Origin: Ministeria vibrans ATCC 50519
Taxonomy: Eukaryota; Protista; Filasterea
Assembly (NCBI GenBank): GCA_943704425.1
Contig: CALSCP010000388.1
Coordinates: forward strand, 75,778-139,777
Length of the DNA stretch: 64,000 nt
Reading direction: 5' to 3'
The notes under the pieces are model-generated. The model was not told where the DNA came from, did not search any database, and saw only the letters and a list, made by a program, of their open reading frames with translations. The position numbers and the translations under genes were made by a program. Positions 58,601 through 64,000 of this stretch are shown here, in pieces. Within the stretch, counting starts at the first letter, position 1; every line of letters begins with the position of its first letter.

Positions 58601-59053
58601 GATAGCACCGCAACGAGTGTCCTCGAGGACACCGTTGCTCTGCTTGACTGGCTGCCCTCGAGTGCCTTTGCCTCGGGCGCCACCCTGGCACACCTTTTTC
58701 ATTACACAACGAGTTGTGCCGCGTTTGCCCAACACATCGTCGCACCCCACAACAGCAACGCGAGCAACAGCAACAGCAGTAGCAGCAGTCGCCTTCTTCT
58801 TCTTGTCCGTGCCCTGCACACATGTGTTCTTGCTTCCGACTCCCCTACGTCGCTCACCATGGCGGCGCTCACCGTCTGGTCGCTCGTGCGTGCGCTGCCC
58901 TCCTCGTCCGACGCGGTCACACCCGAAGTTGCCACCCTCCTCAAGCAGCTGCCCCATCCCTCTCTTGTCCACACACATGCTGCTTCGGTGGCCCCCGAGA
59001 CCTCGCGTGCCCTTTTGAAGGCAGCGCGTCTCTTCTTTGTACAATCATTGTAA
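52688..59053 (+). CDS. URB1: Nucleolar pre-ribosomal-associated protein 1 (Npa1/URB1), intronless
   Basis: About 2120-aa helical protein with LEPRLSTRW, YDPSYLLP, LLQPGHRLFPALN...P.LDLAEIP and ERQWLLRVL motifs. Confidence 0.85.
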   Translation: MSSGSTSVHTLLRITNGGVIQHDDDNNATAIAVLEALADIERASSGSSGADDETDVLMTIGEHEADLVAAISTILDGIIDDRVSAVARQAVRTAATLIDAAERHPLLLPGLPILLPRRLVRSHMRTLNHFLQTDRQQQSLSLVIDGLRLLVACARSSPLTARELCNSFDFANHTLQRHLRPTPAAASAWRKATKAGATAPALSPACQLHRLAIDFAFAFLEHRDAELTVHVLGIANFLVPSLVQPIALRAEPTQVRLCIRRITRDLLLCPRLSRGIKLRLCNPSALSAIAQLYSADTVSLPADAIHDFDDAPPSVPRPPLITVQQEEGTDATTDSDVDMDMNTTTTMQVVSLRDYIHSFLLLACTAPDAGICFAVREPLASDVESANPVLQRFLTQLPRTVADDSLLTTLVLSILRTCPDLVRPYFVSAAQSLEPRLSTRWLTSVQFAARILRDCVVRSARYGPSLRPESLTAVDGVACAQACVTLNATLSAWLARALRHSSDLIVFYGLQLVDAMLTAARRMIEGQLTDAYLDAFRTELALLLPDVGAVVALNARLFAPDKRDTASRFAQSALLRVLAGYALCAPHALREARFDLSKLMPTPALLARWSPVLQRDLFRLMHAATRNRHLIATPSSTAVQSQQIVTMVALWCSHTLHPDVRAQLSLLFTAWLEHTEIFDAFPDEIAVWLAACRARPSLASFLTAALVTCNRNFVHWHTTRASALHSSRDDSLSSSSSPSSHLPTGLLFLCAFKTLEINAKTASATQSRLVRTFLCDIAYRLLLLQSPASLASFIALLSSTPTSSEVCAPLLRLTCAWSLCNTTSTTHQAMDTSSDGSKNNDSNSDANTDDDDNDDVPEAERLLHQYGADNVTQLTRTSSPETLDRLVRVSLMAQPSLLQALGARIASLSPSTLLLACCTVADLASESVSQALESSLSRVSESEAVESARILLLFLSRFQSVQPSVAVTTPKKEKKDKKKKRSSNEAQTVDTDTDETDRVIVRLLDLLAVCLRRAHDPAFVASAMEHAALLAPFARRMSHTDATCRLVVSFAVGRMGAAVPSWAQAFGHKACTTVADALLASESPPLAAVHAVSLIHAVCSSDDLSTLVSALLNAPSVNVSSNDGLFAGDAPLGKLLEHAVGLPTVALSQSAFQRLLALSQDWPSTRLLEAASAILDRSSHLAWSTVAAGDYALAVDRDCLLAWLSPTASDVVRTCAAAAIRLSADHRDTFARALVIDPSTTTLRLTLPAHQRALHAYFASAIANDTDIQQVADFVLMQKASLDLAPALLSLVVSHARRETLLTSSPHFNWDDLMERAQSPGWTAADEAVALASVRASHCHKMCLVNGLLRSCQALTSCHSGDAVSETLLAAFTSLQQAIADLTTDEELSSSSSSSSSEVVRLDSAACCALLRLVLAVPWLGEVAATVSALVCLPGVPKRQFAEEWAGLMVANGAWSTAIRSTRNAHCVRMFYELCRVDNKIAARSLLPTLMYAYTPTLALFDRATLALVRLFEECGVHVVDAVCLCGAEAHERLVALLERNPEGHVEIGIATSRSSDVVIVEALDAEKLYASADQLPTDKVQLEPSMEAIFDNNVTVETGGEDTETLYDPSYLLPVIARALTNGVDVHRLIHDGVLAYLPACVTCEDAAVRAASFHVLTELEETVSHIETMREQAQVLLVLKTLRQGCAEAAAQLDDEGQVLTRVPTVIGTFVGHALRVLLQPGHRLFPALNSALLRAPALDLAEIPSLHSLLQSSSSETHSAERQWLLRVLAASLRHPDDVLPLRRRRLLPHLMTFADSPLVDRISRELSMTVIQRACKHQACAADLARHHGAIAWLCGRVHHSDAFEPTLSALDALASTLLPGARIERLIAELASACRSVVNARIAVHQNGVRGDTDAKVVHLIETVFTTVRSVEAAGTTRSVSVAREADQLGPSVTSLRLLTQVLAFKQRPALARVLRLLRPTIQYDSDSTATSVLEDTVALLDWLPSSAFASGATLAHLFHYTTSCAAFAQHIVAPHNSNASNSNSSSSSRLLLLVRALHTCVLASDSPTSLTMAALTVWSLVRALPSSSDAVTPEVATLLKQLPHPSLVHTHAASVAPETSRALLKAARLFFVQSL

Positions 59054-59092
59054 ACAAATATACCATCCAAAATATTATTTTTCACCAATAGA

Positions 59093-59951
59093 TTACAAGA
59101 AGGAAAATACATCATCAATGACACTTCTCTCGCGTGACTCGCTCTCGGAAGCCAGCGGTGGACGTGATAAAGGAGGGCAGGGAGGGGGAGAGGGAGACGG
59201 AGGTGGGAGGGCAGAAGTGCGGAGCAGGGGTTGGGGAATTGCCGCGAGACATGGGCTGTCTTCCTCATCGTCGTCGTCGTCGTCGTTGTTGTTATTGTTG
59301 TTATCATCGGTCTCTTCGCCTTCGTTTTCATCGTCTTGCTCTCCCTCTTGTTCTTCTTTGTTGTTGTTCATGTTGCTCAGGCGACGGCGCTTGTGTTTCG
59401 GCAGCAGACCAACGAGCGGACTCTCTTCGCTGAGGGAGGATGCATCGAGACCAAGTGCATCGTTGAAGCGTCGTTTGCTGCTCGACGACATCTGCGGCGA
59501 AGGGAACACAAGACGAGGTGTAACGGGAGGAGGGGGGCGAGCTTGAACAGGAGCGGGGTCAGTGGTGGTCGTCGTCGTAGTGGTAGTAGTGGTGGGAGGA
59601 GAGGGACTGCGATATGCTGTTGGTGGAGATGGCGGTGCGTCTTCGCCCATATCCATGGGCTCGGGTGCCTGATGTTTTTGCTGAAACGGATCCACCAATC
59701 CTTCTGCAAGGGCTTCACGCGGTTCGTTCTAAATAACAAACGGGTGAGAAACGGAAGCGAGTGCAAAAAAGTGAGTTTGTACTTTTAGCATATGTTGACA
59801 GACTTCTTTGAGCTCTTCCACAGTAAATCGATACTCAAGTTAGGCTCGAGTCAATCTACACAAGCAAAAATGGAGAGAGAGAGAGAGGAGGGAGAGAAAG
59901 AAGCAAAGTGATAGAGAGAGAGAGAAGAGGGGGAGAAAGAAACAAAGTGAT

Positions 59952-59985
<34 letters not shown>

Positions 59986-60447
59986 TGTGTGTGTGTGTGA
60001 ATATAGGTGTAGTAATATGGTACTTTGTAGGAATTTTGTAGTCTAATCATACCCTTTGGGCTGGCGAGTGCGTTTGGACGGAGGAGCAAGGCCTAGCACA
60101 GTCGCAGGTAAATGACGCTACAAACACAAGCAAAGAGAAGAGCGAGCGAGAGAAACAGTGAGATTGAGTGACAAAGTGAAAGAGAGAGAGACGCGACGAA
60201 CAGGCAATATAGAAAACAATAGTTTGAGAGGAGTTTACGCATACCAAAGGGGCTGCAGCAATCTGTGGGAGTGGATGCAGATCATCCGTTGGTTCTTCCT
60301 CCTCTGCTTCTTCCTCCTCGGCGTCTTGCCCTCTCCTGTGCGTCCCATCGGCTTCTGTCCGTCCACCCGCCACTTTCTGTCTGTCCCGTGGCTGTGCTCC
60401 TCCTTGATTGGCTTTGCTGTCGGCTTCTTCATCCGACCATCCATCAT
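59093..60447 (-). pseudogene. Four-exon gene with two in-frame stop codons (pseudogene or recoded gene)
   Basis: Exons 60447-60245, 60092-60024, 59855-59783 and 59728-59093 splice in frame (981 nt) but contain TGA at 60049-60047 and TAA at 59842-59840. Confidence 0.6.
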
Positions 60448-60746
60448 TTTCAACGACTTTCGGTCGCATAGTGCGGCTTTTTCGTGGCACAATCTAACCA
60501 AAACAAAAATACCAATATAAACACCACACTCCGGCCTAAATCCCAAAAAAATACCACCTTCTTCTTTGCAGTCACAGTGTCTGGCTGGAGCGCCAAAGGG
60601 ACAGCAAAATGTTCCAAAAGGAGTGCTCCAATGTGTTTGCAGAGGTACAACTTCTGTCGCGCTTGCCCACGATCGAAGTCCACACACGAACAGTGTGTCT
60701 CGATCACTTTTTCTGCAAATGGCACCGTAATTTAGACGTAATAATA

Positions 60747-61364
<618 letters not shown>

Positions 61365-61652
61365 TAACGAATACTATAATAATTTATAATTATACAATAA
61401 TAATGACGTACACATTTCAACCTTAACCGATTTCCAAAATGCAATCCGAGTCGCACAGTTCTGTGTCGACGCAATGCACACACACCGCACACCCTCGTTT
61501 GCATCGGTACGCACACAAGCGATGCCAAATGGCTCAGTACTTCCAGACCATTCCGCTTTTGGCATTTGCCCTTTTTTTTTGGAACAGATGGACAAAAAGT
61601 ATTTTTGAATTTTGATATTTTTATTATTTTTTCTTCCGTCGCCCCTTCACTG

Positions 61653-64000
61653 ATGCACTCCTTGTTTGCTTTGGTCGTTCTTCTGCTGGCGACTGTCGTC
61701 GGAGTGTCTGGCTCGCCTTGTGAGATGAACACTAAGTTCTCACATCTCTCTTTATCACTCTCTCTCTCTCTCTCTCTCTCACAGGTGACTTCTCTTCAAT
61801 GGAATTCACCTCGCAAAGCGACGTTGATACGATGACGGCTGGGTGTTCTTCGTTGCTGGGGACCTTCGCAGTGAGCGAGTCGTATTCCGACAGCTCTCTG
61901 TCGCTTTCGTAAGGACACCAGTTGCATCCGAAGCGCCCCCTCTCTCTCCCTCCACACGCCTTCCTGCTCCTTCCTTCTTGCGCCTTGCTGTTTATCAAAC
62001 ACTCGCCAGCTTCCCACATCCATAGCTACGGCGTGGCCTCTCCTCCAAATTATTTTTCGTCAATTTTGAATGTGTTTCCTCTCACGTCACACTTTTTTCT
62101 CTTATTTGTTTGCTTTGCTCATTAATCATTTAAATAAATGTCGTCTTCTTCTTCTCATCATTTAAACCACCTATATTCTTCCGTGCAGCGCCGCCATCAC
62201 CGTCGTGAACACTTTCACTGTGGCCGACACCCCCTACTTGCAATCGCTGAACCTGCAGTCCGTTCAATCGGTGCTTGGCTCGCTTACCATCCGAAACAAT
62301 TCGCACATCAGCACTGTTCAACTCGACAGTGCCACGCAGCTGGGCGAAGCGTACATTGAGGACAATGCCGAGCTCACGCACTTCTTCATCAACTTCGTGT
62401 CGAACATCTCCACCGTCCACGTCCAGCGGAACCCGTCGCTTGTGTTCTTCGTGCTTTGGTCTCTTGCCAACATCGACGACTCCCTCCACATTCACAACAA
62501 CTCACTGCTCGAGTCGTTCCTCGCACCCTCGCTCGCCACCATTGGCGGCGACCTTGTCATTACACACAACGCCAACTTGCGCAACGTGACCACGCTCAAC
62601 GCTCTCACCACCGTCAAGCAGTCCATCGCAATCAGCGACAATGCCATCCTCACCGCCCTCGACTTGGCCGGTCTCGTCGACTTCTGTGCCTCGTGCTTCT
62701 ACACCGACAGTGGATTTTACATCTCCAACAACCCCATGTTGGAATCAATTGGCGTCCCCGGTGCCTCTGGCCTCAGTGCTCTGCCCACGGCCACCTCCGG
62801 GGCGCGCGTCACCTTCCACTTTGACCGTTTGCCTCGTCTCACCTACCTGAGTCTTTTTCCTTCCACGCCCGTCACATTCACCGCCGCTGTGCCCGTCAGC
62901 CTGGTCTTTGTCTCCTTGCCTCTTCTAAACCAGACGCATCTCGCGGCCGGCTTTGCGGGAATGGGCGGCGTGGTGCGACACTTCGAAGTGGTCGACTGCA
63001 ATGGCTGGACCTCCCTTGACTTTGTCAATCTTGGCGTCGTCACCGAACATTTCGTTGTGCGCGACATGACGCATCTGACGGGGATCTCGTTGTTGGGCGG
63101 CACCTCATTCGATCCGTTCATTACCATTTGGTTGAGCAACATCACATTGCTGACAAGCCTGGGCGATTTGGCGACGTACGCTCCCACCGGTCTGTCTGGT
63201 GACATCATCATCGCCAACATGACCCAGCTCACCGACGTCAACTGGCTTGCGCCACAACAGCCATCCCGTCTTGTACTCGCCGCGCTCGCCGCGCTCGTCA
63301 CTCTCCCATCGCACACCTCATGGCCCTTTGTCAATGTCCTCGAGATCCGAGACTTGCCCTCACTCGCGTCGTTGCCCACCTACCACTTCACGACCTTTGG
63401 TGATCTTCATCTCGTCGATTTGCCTGCCCTCACCTCTCTCGCTGGCATGCGTTTGCCTGCCAGTCTTACCGGCGGTCTACACATTGAGAGGGTCAATGCC
63501 ATTGCTGACCTGCAGGGCCTTTGTCTCACCGACTGCAAATATGTTGGTTCTCTTGAAATCGCCGCCTGTGACTCGCTCGCCAGCCTCAACGGACTCAGTG
63601 GTCTTGAAGAGATCACGGCGTCGCACCTGGTACTCAGCGACAACCCAACCCTGACCGACCTGGCCCAGCTCAGCTCGCTCAAGCGCATTACTTGGGGCAA
63701 CTTCACCATCGCACGCAACCATGCGCTACTGTCCCTGCCACCCCTGTCGCTCACCAACGTCGATACCATCTTCATTTCCAACAACGACGAGCTTGCATCC
63801 ATTGCTACGCTTGCCTCCGTCAACGAGACAGTGCGCTCCCTCGAGATCACCCTCAACCTTAAGCTGGCGACCCTTCAGGGTGTTGAGCGCATCCCCAACA
63901 TCCTCGACACTATCATTCTTGCCCACAACCCCGTCCTCGATATGGGCACAACTTGCCTGTTTACTCTCGACGAGGCTAGTGTTTGTAAGAACAAAAAAAA
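61653..64000 (+). CDS. Secreted or cell-surface receptor-L-domain (LRR-like solenoid) protein, 3' end outside the window
   Basis: Signal peptide MHSLFALVVLLLATVVGVSG; repeats such as LTIRNN, ISDNAIL, ISNNPML, LASLNGLSGL; long open exon 62189 to about 63984. Confidence 0.8.

Noticed and set aside
59830-60092. Three successive +1 frameshifts or 10-19-nt micro-introns as an explanation for the stop-containing gene
   Set aside because: The net shift is zero, so a single frame with two stops is simpler, and no such tiny introns are seen elsewhere

Overview
Gene-dense, intron-rich eukaryotic (protist-like) nuclear DNA with GT-AG spliceosomal introns, the standard genetic code, many intronic microsatellites and two N-gaps. 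After manual splicing I can model about 22 protein-coding loci. They include a cluster of three MARK/BRSK-like kinases, a TrmH/SpoU methyltransferase, an SGNH acylesterase, a giantin/golgin-84-like golgin, an F-box/Kelch protein, RNA Pol III subunit RPC2, CDT1, a prominin-like protein, a folate-receptor-like protein, CDIN1, URB1, a TSC2 GAP fragment and an L-domain surface protein. Five observations stand out. (1) One ~1260-aa protein fuses a Cys-His-Asp papain-like (Josephin/ULP-like) peptidase, a ThiF/E1 adenylation domain and a SelO-like pseudokinase, which suggests a self-contained protein-modification enzyme. (2) A four-exon gene has an otherwise intact frame carrying two in-frame stops (TGA, TAA). 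(3) Kinase 3 and RPC2 are each split into halves that interleave across 15 kb and 7 kb; mis-scaffolding at simple repeats is the most likely cause, but this is testable against trans-splicing or scrambling. (4) Several first introns are long and heavily base-paired. (5) A 15-nt intronic motif recurs on the sense strand. All family assignments come from motif recognition by eye; no database searches were run.
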